NCBI GenBank assembly: GCA_016705545.1
Contig: JADIYA010000007.1
Coordinates: forward strand, 10,953 to 74,952
Origin: Flavobacteriales bacterium
GTDB taxonomy: Bacteria; Bacteroidota; Bacteroidia; Flavobacteriales_F; PHOS-HE28
Length of the DNA stretch: 64,000 nucleotides
Direction: 5' to 3'
Shown: piece by piece, positions 29,637 through 39,008 of the stretch
Numbering within the stretch: the first letter of the stretch is position 1
How the letters are laid out: each line of letters opens with the position of its first letter
Position numbers and translations under genes: made by a program
Notes under the pieces: generated by a model
Database searches by the model: none
What the model was told of the DNA's origin: nothing
Seen by the model: the letters and a program-made list of their open reading frames with translations, nothing else

Positions 29637-30034
29637 ACTTGACCCGAACCGCAATCCTGCTCGTGGCCGTTACCAGCAGTTATTTTGCCATCGGCCAGCG
29701 CTTCAGCAGCGACTTCGCTCCATGCGCTGCGGGTCCGGCGAACACCGTAGCCCCCTTGCACAGTGACAGCCTTTCCTCATCCTTCCTCATCTGCGTGCCG
29801 CGCGAAGTGCGCCCGCACTACCACGACTGGCATACGGAGCATGTGGTGGTGATCGAAGGCGAAGGGGAAATGCTGCTCGGTGATTCGGTCTTCGTGATCC
29901 GATCAGGCGATGCAATCGCGATCCCGAAGGGCACCGTGCATGCTGTTACCACGCTCTCCGAAAGACCACTGCGGGTGGTGAGCATCCAGTCGCCGCGCTT
30001 CGATGGTGCCGATCGCGTGCCCGTGGAGCGTTGA
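29633..30034 (+). CDS. cupin-domain protein
   Basis: HYHDWHTEHVVVIEGEG...IPKGTVHAV (cupin motifs 1 and 2). Start overlaps the fmt stop. Confidence 0.7.
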   Translation: MNLTRTAILLVAVTSSYFAIGQRFSSDFAPCAAGPANTVAPLHSDSLSSSFLICVPREVRPHYHDWHTEHVVVIEGEGEMLLGDSVFVIRSGDAIAIPKGTVHAVTTLSERPLRVVSIQSPRFDGADRVPVER

Positions 30035-30167
30035 TTCAACGACTGCTGGAGGGTGCCTTGAAATCGTCCAAAGGCCATTTCTGAAACCCTTACTGGCAGC
30101 GGGATTCCGGCCGACTTATGAACAAACACCCTGATTTTTCAACATTCTCCGGATGTCCGTCCGGAAA

Positions 30168-30199
30168 CCGTTGACAGGCGCGGGTTTCAGAATAGATTT
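30168..30199 (+). promoter_or_regulatory. putative Bacteroidetes-type sigma-A promoter for hup (-33 TTG, -7 TAGATTTG)
   Basis: TAGATTTG matches the Bacteroidetes TAnnTTTG -7 consensus, about 45 nt upstream of the hup ATG, with TTG about 19 nt further upstream. Confidence 0.35.
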
Positions 30200-30243
30200 G
30201 TCCACGAGTTCAACAAACCACAACTCACCAACACAACACGACC

Positions 30244-30519
30244 ATGGGTAACAAAGCAGAACTGATCGAGAGCATTGCCAACGACGCGAAGATCTCCAAG
30301 GCCGATGCGAAGCGCGCCCTCGACGCCTTCGTGGGCAACACCACCAAGTCCCTGAAGAAGGGTGAGCGCGTGACGCTCGTGGGCTTCGGCACCTTCAGCA
30401 TCACCAAGCGCGCTGCTCGCAAGGGCCGCAACCCTCAGACAGGCAAGGAGATCAAGATCGCTGCCAAGAAGGTGGTGAAGTTCAAGGCCGGCGCCGACCT
30501 CGCCAGCCGCGTGAAGTAA
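30244..30519 (+). CDS. hup: HU-family DNA-binding protein
   Basis: [12 protein letters not shown]...[26 protein letters not shown] (HU arm signature). 91 aa. Confidence 0.93.
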   Translation: MGNKAELIESIANDAKISKADAKRALDAFVGNTTKSLKKGERVTLVGFGTFSITKRAARKGRNPQTGKEIKIAAKKVVKFKAGADLASRVK

Positions 30520-30540
30520 TCCCCTTCCGCTACCGGGAAA

Positions 30541-30571
30541 GCCCCTCGCATCGCGGGGGGCTTTTCTTTTG
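30541..30571 (+). terminator. intrinsic terminator after hup
   Basis: GCCCCTCGC-ATC-GCGGGGGGC stem-loop followed by TTTTCTTTT. Confidence 0.65.
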
Positions 30572-30585
30572 CGCCATCCAACCGC

Positions 30586-31260
30586 ATGACCGATCACGAC
30601 CTGTACGAGCGCCTCTGCGCTTTCATCACGCCCAACAAGCGCGGACTTTTCGAGCGTATCGCCACGGAGCGCACCCGGCACATCACCTGCGTGCTTGAGG
30701 ACATCTATCAAGCGCACAACGCCAGCGCGGTCGTGCGCACCTGCGACCTGCTCGGCATCCAGGACCTGCACATCATCGAGAACCGTAACAAGTACACGGT
30801 GAACCCGGATGTCACCCTAGGCTCATCGAAATGGGTGGATATGCACCGCTGGCGCGGCGAAGCAGACAACACCGCGCGCTGCATCGCGCAGCTCAAGGAG
30901 CGCGGATACGCCATCGTCACCACCTCGCCACGCGCCACTGACTGCACACCCGCCACCATCGCGCTGGACCGACCGCTGGCCTTCTGCTTCGGCACGGAAC
31001 TCACCGGCGCCAGCGATGCCCTGATTGAGCAAGCTGATATCGCGCTGCGCATACCGATGCACGGATTCACCGAGAGCTACAACATCAGCGTATCGGCAGC
31101 CATCACGCTCTACACCGTGATGGAACGCCTTCGCGCATCCGATGTGAACTGGCAGCTCGATGCCGCCGCGCTCGATGCATTGAAGCTATCGTGGGCGCGC
31201 AAAGTGGTGCACAGCGCTGCGCACCTCGAGGAGCGGATCCGGCAAGAGCGCAGGCCGTGA
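30586..31260 (+). CDS. SpoU/TrmH-family RNA 2'-O-methyltransferase (probable tRNA Gm18 methyltransferase)
   Basis: VLEDIYQAHNASAVVRTCDLLGIQDLHII..., FGTELTGAS, IPMHGFTESYNISVSAAITLY (SPOUT knot motifs). Confidence 0.8.
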   Translation: MTDHDLYERLCAFITPNKRGLFERIATERTRHITCVLEDIYQAHNASAVVRTCDLLGIQDLHIIENRNKYTVNPDVTLGSSKWVDMHRWRGEADNTARCIAQLKERGYAIVTTSPRATDCTPATIALDRPLAFCFGTELTGASDALIEQADIALRIPMHGFTESYNISVSAAITLYTVMERLRASDVNWQLDAAALDALKLSWARKVVHSAAHLEERIRQERRP

Positions 31261-31358
31261 CCGTTTTCGACACGCACGGGTTCACAAGGGCGGGATCAGC
31301 GCGCGTGCCAACCTCCGTTGCGGGATACTTTCGCCGCGAAACCAACAACCTCGATCTC

Positions 31359-31571
31359 ATGGGAAAAGGTGACCGCAAGTCGAAAAAAGGGAAGCGCCGC
31401 ATGGGCAGCGCCGGCAAATCGCGCCCGAGCCTGCGCAACAAGCGCCGCGCTGTGCGCAAGGCCGCTGGCACCGCCAAGCCTGCAAAGAAGGCTGCTCCGA
31501 AGAAGGCCGCTGCGAAGAAAGCCGCTCCGAAGAAAGCCGCTGCCAAGAAAGCCGCTCCGAAGAAGGATTGA
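31359..31571 (+). CDS. ribosomal protein THX-like small basic protein with AKKAAPKK tandem repeat tail
   Basis: Start MGKGDRKSKKGKR (Thermus THX is MGKGDRRTRRGKI). The C-terminal half is perfect AKKAAPKKAAAKK repeats encoded by 18-bp DNA repeats (31480-31565). Confidence 0.6.
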   Translation: MGKGDRKSKKGKRRMGSAGKSRPSLRNKRRAVRKAAGTAKPAKKAAPKKAAAKKAAPKKAAAKKAAPKKD

Positions 31572-31589
31572 GCGCAACGGCGCGTTCAT

Positions 31590-31630
31590 GCTGAGGCCTC
31601 CGGCGATCCGGGGGCCTCGCTATTTATCGA
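31590..31630. terminator. bidirectional intrinsic terminator between the THX gene and pdxH
   Basis: GAGGCCTCCGG-CGAT-CCGGGGGCCTC hairpin followed by GCTATTTATCG, between convergent stops. Confidence 0.5.
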
Positions 31631-31633
31631 AGG

Positions 31634-32281
<648 letters not shown>

Positions 32282-32373
32282 GGCTCCGTGTTTGGCGCGG
32301 CGAAAGATATCCGCCGCCGAACGCTGCGCACCAGACGGAACTCAGGCACTCACGAGGCGTTTACCTTGCCCGC

Positions 32374-34176
32374 ATGTTGCGCATGTCATTTGTGGTTCTC
32401 CTGATTGCAGCGCGTGCTGCAGCGACGGCCCAGCTGCAGGATGGCAGGGACGCATTCAACCCGGCCGATACCCTCAGGGGAAGCCTCGGTCCGGATCGAG
32501 CGTGGTGGAACGTGGTCGGCTACGATGTCTCGGTGAAGCCAGATTTCGTGGCTCGCTCCGTCGAAGGCCGCAGCATCATCGCCTTCGATGCGGTGACCGA
32601 TGGCCAGCGCATGCAGATCGACCTGCAGCAGCCGCTCATCATCGATAGCATCCTCACGGACGTGGCTTCCTACTTGGATGGCGCGATCAGCGTGAGCTAC
32701 CGGCCAATACCATTCAAACGAGACGGCAACGTGGCTTGGGTGGATCTGCCGCAGCCCATGAAGACAGGCGAGGCCACCACGATAACCATCCACTACCACG
32801 GGATCCCGCGCGCCGCGAAGAACCCGCCGTGGGATGGCGGCTGGATCTGGAGGACCGATGCGCGCGGCAATCCCTGGATGAGCGTGGCCTGCCAAGGACT
32901 AGGCGCCAGCGTGTGGTATGCGTGCAAGGACCACCAGAGCGATGAGCCCGAGCAAGGCGCCAATCTGCGCATCATCGTGCCCGACAGTTTGCAGGCCATC
33001 GGCAATGGGCGTTTGCGCAGCACCGTGAAGAATGGTGATGGCACGAGCACCTGGCACTGGCAGGTGAAGAACCCGATCAATACCTACAACCTGGTGCCGT
33101 CCATCGGGAAGTACGTGCAGCTATCCGACACGTTCGCGGGTAAAGAGGGCAATCTCGACCTGGCCTTCTGGATTCTGCAACATCATGCACCATGGGGCCA
33201 AGGTGAATCCAGGGCTAACCGCGAAGAGGACGAGAAGTGGCTGCGGAATGCAACGATGCAATTCAAGCAAGTGCCTGAAATGCTGCGATGCTTCGAGGAG
33301 TGGTTCGGCCCCTACCCCTTCTATGCCGATGGCTACAAGCTGGTGGAATCGCCGCATCTGGGCATGGAGCACCAGAGCGCCATCGCCTACGGCAACGGGT
33401 TCGTGAACGGCTATCGCGGCAGTGACCTGAGCGGCACAGGCCATGGGTTGAGGTGGGACTACATCATCATCCATGAGAGCGGGCACGAGTGGTTCGGCAA
33501 CAGCATCACCACGGCCGACATCGCCGACATGTGGGTGCATGAGGGCTTCACCGATTACAGCGAGACCATCTTCACCGAATGCCAGCAGGGCAAGCAGGCC
33601 GCTGAGGAATACGTGATCGGCCTGCGCAAGAATATCCGCAACGATAAGCCCATCATCGGCCCATACGGCGTGAATGAGGAAGGCAGCGGCGACATGTACT
33701 ACAAGGGCGCCAACCTCATCCACATGATCCGCCACATCGTGGGCGACAGCACCTTCAAGGCCATGCTGCTGGAGATGAACCGGCGATTCAAGCACTCGAT
33801 CGTCACCAGCGCGCAGATCGAGGAATTCATGATCGACTTCAACGAACGGACGAAGTCGCTGCTGAATAAGAGCATCTTCGATCAGTACCTGCGGACGAAC
33901 AAAGTACCGGTGCTGGAGTGGGGGCGGTACAAGAACCGCGCCTATGCGCGATGGTCCAACTGCGTTCCAGGGTTCAGTCTGCCGGTACGCCTATCATGCT
34001 CAGACGTTGAGCTACTGACGCCACTCTCCACATGGCGAAGCCTTCCATGCGACCGGTTAGAAGGAATAGAGCATGCCGACCGCAATTGGTACGTCATGAG
34101 CCGGGCAGTCGGCAAGCGCGCGCTGAAGCGGGAAATCAGCCTGCAGAAGCGGAGGATCCCTCACATCAGGCCATAG
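32374..34176 (+). CDS. M1-family zinc aminopeptidase (secreted)
   Basis: Signal peptide, GAMEH-type region, HESGHEWFGN (HExxH) and downstream E ligand, 600 aa. C-terminal region ...RWSNCVPGFSLPVRL... resembles Bacteroidetes M1 peptidases. Confidence 0.8.
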   Translation: MLRMSFVVLLIAARAAATAQLQDGRDAFNPADTLRGSLGPDRAWWNVVGYDVSVKPDFVARSVEGRSIIAFDAVTDGQRMQIDLQQPLIIDSILTDVASYLDGAISVSYRPIPFKRDGNVAWVDLPQPMKTGEATTITIHYHGIPRAAKNPPWDGGWIWRTDARGNPWMSVACQGLGASVWYACKDHQSDEPEQGANLRIIVPDSLQAIGNGRLRSTVKNGDGTSTWHWQVKNPINTYNLVPSIGKYVQLSDTFAGKEGNLDLAFWILQHHAPWGQGESRANREEDEKWLRNATMQFKQVPEMLRCFEEWFGPYPFYADGYKLVESPHLGMEHQSAIAYGNGFVNGYRGSDLSGTGHGLRWDYIIIHESGHEWFGNSITTADIADMWVHEGFTDYSETIFTECQQGKQAAEEYVIGLRKNIRNDKPIIGPYGVNEEGSGDMYYKGANLIHMIRHIVGDSTFKAMLLEMNRRFKHSIVTSAQIEEFMIDFNERTKSLLNKSIFDQYLRTNKVPVLEWGRYKNRAYARWSNCVPGFSLPVRLSCSDVELLTPLSTWRSLPCDRLEGIEHADRNWYVMSRAVGKRALKREISLQKRRIPHIRP

Positions 34177-34202
34177 AGCAAAACGCACGTACTTTCGGAA
34201 CC

Positions 34203-35327
34203 ATGCGTTCGGCACTTCTCTGCATCGCGGCGCTATCTCTAGGGACCTCCTCCCCCGCCGCCACCTTCACCATCACCCACTTCGGCACGCCGGCCAATGC
34301 GCAGCCCGCTATTGATCGCGCGGCGGAGATCTGGGGCAGCATCCTGGTGAGCGATGTACCCATCAAGGTGGCCGTGAGCTGGTTCCCTCTCGGGGCTTCG
34401 GCGCTTGGTGTCACCTTCCCTAATGGGCGCAAGGATTTCCCCGGTGCTCCGGTGGCCTCCACGTGGTATGCCTCCTGCCTCGCGAACAGCATCGCGGGCA
34501 CGGAGCTCAATCCCGGCGAGGACGACATCAACGTCTATCTCAACAGCGGCACCAATTGGTACTTGGGCCTCGATGCCAACACGCCAGCGGGTCAGTACGA
34601 CCTGGTGACCGTGGCCCTGCACGAGCTCGGTCACGGGCTCGGCTTCGTGGGGTTGGCCAAGAAGGTAGGCAGCGAGGGCTCCTTCGGCCAGGTGCTGCTC
34701 AGCGATTTCGCACCGCTGATCACGACCTATCCGTGGCCGGAGCAAGAAGGGCTGCCGGGCATCTTCGACCGCTTCCTCACCAGCACCGCCAGCGGCCCGC
34801 TCGTCGACCTGATGAACCCGAGCACGGCCCTGGGCTCGGCCTTCACCAGCAATCAGGTGTACTTCAACGGCACAAACGCCATGAGCGCGAACGGCGGTCA
34901 AACGGCGCGCATCTACGCGCCCGCAGCATTCGCACTCGGTAGCAGCTGCGTGCATCTCAACGAGAGCACATATCCCGTCGGCAATCCCGACGAGCTGATG
35001 ACGCCCTTCAGCAGTGCGGGCCACGCCAACCATTGGCCCGGCCCGATCGCCATCGGCGTGATGCGCGACATCGGCTGGATGGTGAACGGTGTGGGCGTGC
35101 CCGAGCAGCAGGTGCAATCAACATGGGGCCTTACGCTCTTGCCCGATGGCCACCTGCACCCATTCGGTCTGGAGACCCGCGAGCGCTTGACCATCCTCGA
35201 TGCCCAAGGCCGCAAGCTCCTCGAGGCTTCCGGCAACGGCCCTATCGCTTTGGCCAGATGGAGCAGCGGTCCGTGCATCGCGCTCCGCATGTCCACAGGC
35301 GAGGCGCAACGCTTCGTGCTGCCCTGA
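34203..35327 (+). CDS. secreted metzincin-like zinc metalloprotease with T9SS-type C-terminal domain
   Basis: Start MRSALLCIAALSLGTSSPAA. HELGHGLGFVG (HExxHxxG), beta-rich CTD at the C-terminus. Confidence 0.6.
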   Translation: MRSALLCIAALSLGTSSPAATFTITHFGTPANAQPAIDRAAEIWGSILVSDVPIKVAVSWFPLGASALGVTFPNGRKDFPGAPVASTWYASCLANSIAGTELNPGEDDINVYLNSGTNWYLGLDANTPAGQYDLVTVALHELGHGLGFVGLAKKVGSEGSFGQVLLSDFAPLITTYPWPEQEGLPGIFDRFLTSTASGPLVDLMNPSTALGSAFTSNQVYFNGTNAMSANGGQTARIYAPAAFALGSSCVHLNESTYPVGNPDELMTPFSSAGHANHWPGPIAIGVMRDIGWMVNGVGVPEQQVQSTWGLTLLPDGHLHPFGLETRERLTILDAQGRKLLEASGNGPIALARWSSGPCIALRMSTGEAQRFVLP

Positions 35328-35368
35328 TGCGCTTGCTGCCAGTGGCCATTCCTCTACTTTAGCGGGCC

Positions 35369-35758
35369 ATGATGCGCTCCCTGTCCGCGTTCGTCCTGTT
35401 ATCGGCCATGCTGTCGGCGTGCAGCACGCACAAATACGTGGCCGCCAGCCATCCCAATGGCAAGCCCGAGGTCATCATCTTCATGAAGGGCAAGGGCGAG
35501 GAAGCCGTCAAGGTGATGGAGAAGGTGTACTACCCGAGCGGAAAGCTGGAATACATAGGTCAGTTCCAGAATGGCGTGGAGCATGGCGAATGGACCTACT
35601 ATTATGAGAACGGCACCAAGAAATACGTGGAGCATTGGTTGGGCGGCGTAGAGCATGGCATCCACTACGACTACAGCCCCGATGGCCAGATTTACCGCGA
35701 GCTGCATTACGAGAAGGGCCGCTTGGTGAAAGAGGTGGACCGTAGCAAGCCGCAGTGA
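35369..35758 (+). CDS. MORN-repeat lipoprotein (YwqK-like)
   Basis: Lipobox LLSAMLSACS. Repeated G.EHGEWTYYYENG / GVEHGIHYDYSPDG MORN-variant repeats. Confidence 0.7.
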   Translation: MMRSLSAFVLLSAMLSACSTHKYVAASHPNGKPEVIIFMKGKGEEAVKVMEKVYYPSGKLEYIGQFQNGVEHGEWTYYYENGTKKYVEHWLGGVEHGIHYDYSPDGQIYRELHYEKGRLVKEVDRSKPQ

Positions 35759-35810
35759 GCGATTTTGAACTTCAGGGCTTGGCAGGTGTCCATGCCTCGA
35801 TTCCTCCAGC

Positions 35811-37109
35811 ATGAGAAACTTCACCCTGCTCTGCGCCGTGCTCCTTTCAGGATCCATTGCTGCGCAGACCTATTACCCGCCACTCGCCGGCAATACGTGG
35901 GAGAGCGTTGATCCCGCAGCGCTGGGCTGGTGCACCGATGAGATCCCGGCCTTGATCGACTTCCTGGAGCAGAGCAACACCAAGGCCTTCATCGTGCTCA
36001 AGGACGGCCGCATCGCCATCGAGCACTACTTCGGGACCTTCACGCAGGACAGCCTCTGGTACTGGGCCAGTGCCGGCAAGAGCCTCACCGCCTTCCTCGT
36101 GGGCAAGGCGCAAGAAGAAGGCTTCCTGGATATCGACGAGACGAGCGACACCTACCTGGGCGCAGGTTGGACGAATTGCGCGCCACTGCAGGAAGGGCAG
36201 ATCACCATCCGCCACCAGCTCACCATGACCACCGGCTTCGACGATGGCGTGCCGGATTCGGATTGCACCGATCCCGCTTGCCTTGAATGCCTCGCGGAGC
36301 CAGGCACTCGCTGGGCCTATCACAATGCGCCCTACACCCTGCTCGACGGCGTGATCACCAGTGCCACTGGCCAAACGCTGAACGGATATGTCTTCAACAA
36401 GCTCACGCTCACCACAGGCCTGCAGGGCGCCTTCGCGCAGCTCGGATCGAACAACGTCTTCTTCAGTAAGGCGCGCGCGATGGCGCGCTTCGGTCTGCTA
36501 TGCATGGGCCAAGGTGCCTGGAACGGGAACGCGGTGATGAACGACCAAGCCTACTTCAGCGATATGGTATCGCCTTCACAATCGTTGAATCCGTCCTATG
36601 GCTACCTCTGGTGGCTGAATGGGCAATCGAGCTTCATGCTGCCAGGCCTCCAGCAGAGCTTCGGCGGCATGCTCTGCCCCGCCATGCCTGCTGATGCGTA
36701 CAGCGCCATGGGCAAGAACGGGCAGCTCTGCAACGTATCACCGTCCACCGGACTCGTAGTTGTGCGCATGGGCGATCTGCCGGGCGGGATCTTCGTGCCC
36801 AACTTTTACAACAACGACATCTGGGTGCGGCTCAATGATGTGATGTGCACCAGCACCGCCACTTCGGACGGCACCTCTTCTGGTATCGTGAGGCTCTGGC
36901 CGAACCCGGCCTCGGACCTGGTGCGCCTAACGGTGGATGGAAACCCGGTGAAGCAAGTGGAGGTTCTCGCTGCCGATGGTCGATTGCTGCTGAGCGCCTC
37001 GAACGTGGCTCAATTCGATGCGTCAGTGCTTCCAGTCGGGCACTACCTCATGACCCTGCGTGACGGCAGCGATCGCTTGCATTGCACGCCGCTCGTCATT
37101 GTGCGCTAG
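35811..37109 (+). CDS. beta-lactamase-fold serine hydrolase (class C/esterase-like) with T9SS C-terminal sorting domain
   Basis: S-x-x-K motif WASAGKSLTAF, ...YHNAPY..., ...WWLNG. C-terminus VRLWPNPASDLVRL...GHYLMTL...PLVIVR is a type-A Por CTD. Confidence 0.75.
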   Translation: MRNFTLLCAVLLSGSIAAQTYYPPLAGNTWESVDPAALGWCTDEIPALIDFLEQSNTKAFIVLKDGRIAIEHYFGTFTQDSLWYWASAGKSLTAFLVGKAQEEGFLDIDETSDTYLGAGWTNCAPLQEGQITIRHQLTMTTGFDDGVPDSDCTDPACLECLAEPGTRWAYHNAPYTLLDGVITSATGQTLNGYVFNKLTLTTGLQGAFAQLGSNNVFFSKARAMARFGLLCMGQGAWNGNAVMNDQAYFSDMVSPSQSLNPSYGYLWWLNGQSSFMLPGLQQSFGGMLCPAMPADAYSAMGKNGQLCNVSPSTGLVVVRMGDLPGGIFVPNFYNNDIWVRLNDVMCTSTATSDGTSSGIVRLWPNPASDLVRLTVDGNPVKQVEVLAADGRLLLSASNVAQFDASVLPVGHYLMTLRDGSDRLHCTPLVIVR

Positions 37110-37317
37110 CGGGAAAACCCCGGGATGACAGGATCTTTTCCGCCGAAGCGGGATCCGCGCAAGAGCAACGGATCATCGCGGCAGGGACTCGCACATCCTT
37201 AACGGGAACATGCGTCAGCGGGCCGAGATTGCCATGCGCTTGGCAGCACCCGGCTTGGTATGAAAGCGCAAGGGCGACCATAGGCCGCCCTTGCATTTCG
37301 GTGCGGTCAGGATTCGA

Positions 37318-38307
37318 TCATCCTTTCCGGTTCATATCGAGCATCTCCTTGATGCCGCCCACGCTGCTGAGCACGCCGGTGGCTTCGTACGGCATGTAGA
37401 TCACCTTGTTGTTCTGGCCGCTGGTCATGCTGGTGAGCGTCTCCAGGTACTTCATGGCGATGAGGTAGTTGGCGGGATCGGCCTTGGCACCAGTGATGGC
37501 CTGTGTAACGAGCTTGATGGCCTCGGCCTCGCCTTGCGCACGGCGGATGCGGCTCTGGGCATCGCCCTCGGCCTCGAGGATCTGCGCCTGCTTCTGGCCC
37601 TCGGCGGTGGTGATCTGCGCCTGTTGCACGCCCTCGGCCTGAAGGATGGCTGCGCGCTTGCTGCCCTCGGCATCGATGATCTGCGCCCGCTTGTCGCGTT
37701 CGGCGCGCATCTGCTTCTCCATGGCCTCACGGATGTCGCGCGGCGGGTTGATGTCCTGCAGTTCCACGCGGTTCACTTTCACGCCCCACTTGTTGCTGGC
37801 CTCGTCGAGGATCACGCGCAATTTGCTGTTGATCGTATCGCGGCTGGTGAGGCACTCGTCGAGGTCCATCTCGCCGATCACGTTCCGCAAGGTGGTCTGC
37901 GTGAGCTTCTCGATGGCCATGGGCAGATTCTCGATCTCGTACATCGCCTTCACCGGGTCCATCACCTGGAAGTAGAGCAGCGCGTTGATCTCCGTCATCA
38001 CGTTGTCCTTGGTGATCACGTTCTGCTTCGGGAAGTCGAACACGGATTCGCGCAGGTCGATGCGCTCCTTCTTGAGGAACTGCACGTACTTGTTGCCATC
38101 GGGCAGGTCGCGGGTGTAGCGCGAGATGATCTCACGCGGCTTGTCGAACACGGGGATGATGATGTTGAAGCCGGCGGTGAGCGTGGTGCGGTACTTCCCG
38201 AACCGTTCGATCACCATGGCTTCGCTCTGCTGCACGATGCGCACGCCCTTGGCGATGATCACGAAGGCGAAGACAACGAGCAGTGCGGGGAGGATGTACT
38301 CTGTCAT
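37318..38307 (-). CDS. SPFH/band-7 (stomatin-like) protein
   Basis: N-terminal TM, then IVQQSEAMVIERFGKY..., ...TKDNVMTEINALLYFQVMDP..., C-terminal Ala/Gln/Glu-rich coiled coil. Confidence 0.9.
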   Translation of the reverse strand: MTEYILPALLVVFAFVIIAKGVRIVQQSEAMVIERFGKYRTTLTAGFNIIIPVFDKPREIISRYTRDLPDGNKYVQFLKKERIDLRESVFDFPKQNVITKDNVMTEINALLYFQVMDPVKAMYEIENLPMAIEKLTQTTLRNVIGEMDLDECLTSRDTINSKLRVILDEASNKWGVKVNRVELQDINPPRDIREAMEKQMRAERDKRAQIIDAEGSKRAAILQAEGVQQAQITTAEGQKQAQILEAEGDAQSRIRRAQGEAEAIKLVTQAITGAKADPANYLIAMKYLETLTSMTSGQNNKVIYMPYEATGVLSSVGGIKEMLDMNRKG

Positions 38308-38452
38308 AGCAGGTCAGGGGTTGAGGGGTTGAAGGTTGATGAAAGGTTGGAGGTTTGGCCTGAAGTGAGCGTTGCGGGTTAAGGGTGCCTGCCGATGTTT
38401 GAAAAGTGGGGTATTCAGCCCTCAGCCCATCTCCGCCTTCAGACCACTGCCG

Positions 38453-38905
38453 TCATTGTTCCTCGGGCTTCACGATCACGGTATTGCTGTCCACGCGCAC
38501 CACCTCGACCACATCGCCCACGCGCAGTGCGCGGTCATTCACGCATTCGGCGCGCCAATCGTCGCCGCCCACTGATACGCGGCCTAGGCGAAGCCCAGCC
38601 TCAAAGTCCTGCGTGACACGGCCGCGTTGGCCCACGAGAGCATCCACGTTGGTGCGCACGCCATTGTCCTTCCACATGCGTTTCATGAGCAGCGGGCGCA
38701 GCGTGAAGAATGCTGCAAGGGAGACCGCTGCGCAAACGATGAGTTGCAGGCTGAGGCCCGCGCCGAGGAACGCTGTGGCGCTGGCGGCGAAGCAGCCCAT
38801 GCTCACGCAGAATAGCCAGAAGCCGGGCACGAAGATCTCGGCGATCAGGAGCACGATGGCCACTACGGCCCACCAGTGGTACGGGGAGAGGGACAGGTCT
38901 TCCAT
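38453..38905 (-). CDS. NfeD-family membrane protein (stomatin operon partner)
   Basis: Start MEDLSLSPYHWWAVVAIVLLIAEIF (TM hairpin) and C-terminal OB-fold ...GRVSVGGDDWRAECVNDRALRVGDVVEVVRVDSNTVIV. Lies immediately downstream of the SPFH gene. Confidence 0.8.
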   Translation of the reverse strand: MEDLSLSPYHWWAVVAIVLLIAEIFVPGFWLFCVSMGCFAASATAFLGAGLSLQLIVCAAVSLAAFFTLRPLLMKRMWKDNGVRTNVDALVGQRGRVTQDFEAGLRLGRVSVGGDDWRAECVNDRALRVGDVVEVVRVDSNTVIVKPEEQ

Positions 38906-39008
38906 GTTGTTCGCCGTCGAAGATAGCCGGGGCCCTCGTACCATTTCGTTGTGCATCTGATGAGCGGCGGGGCACCGGGCCGGGCGGCGACCGGTATTTT
39001 CGCGCGCC

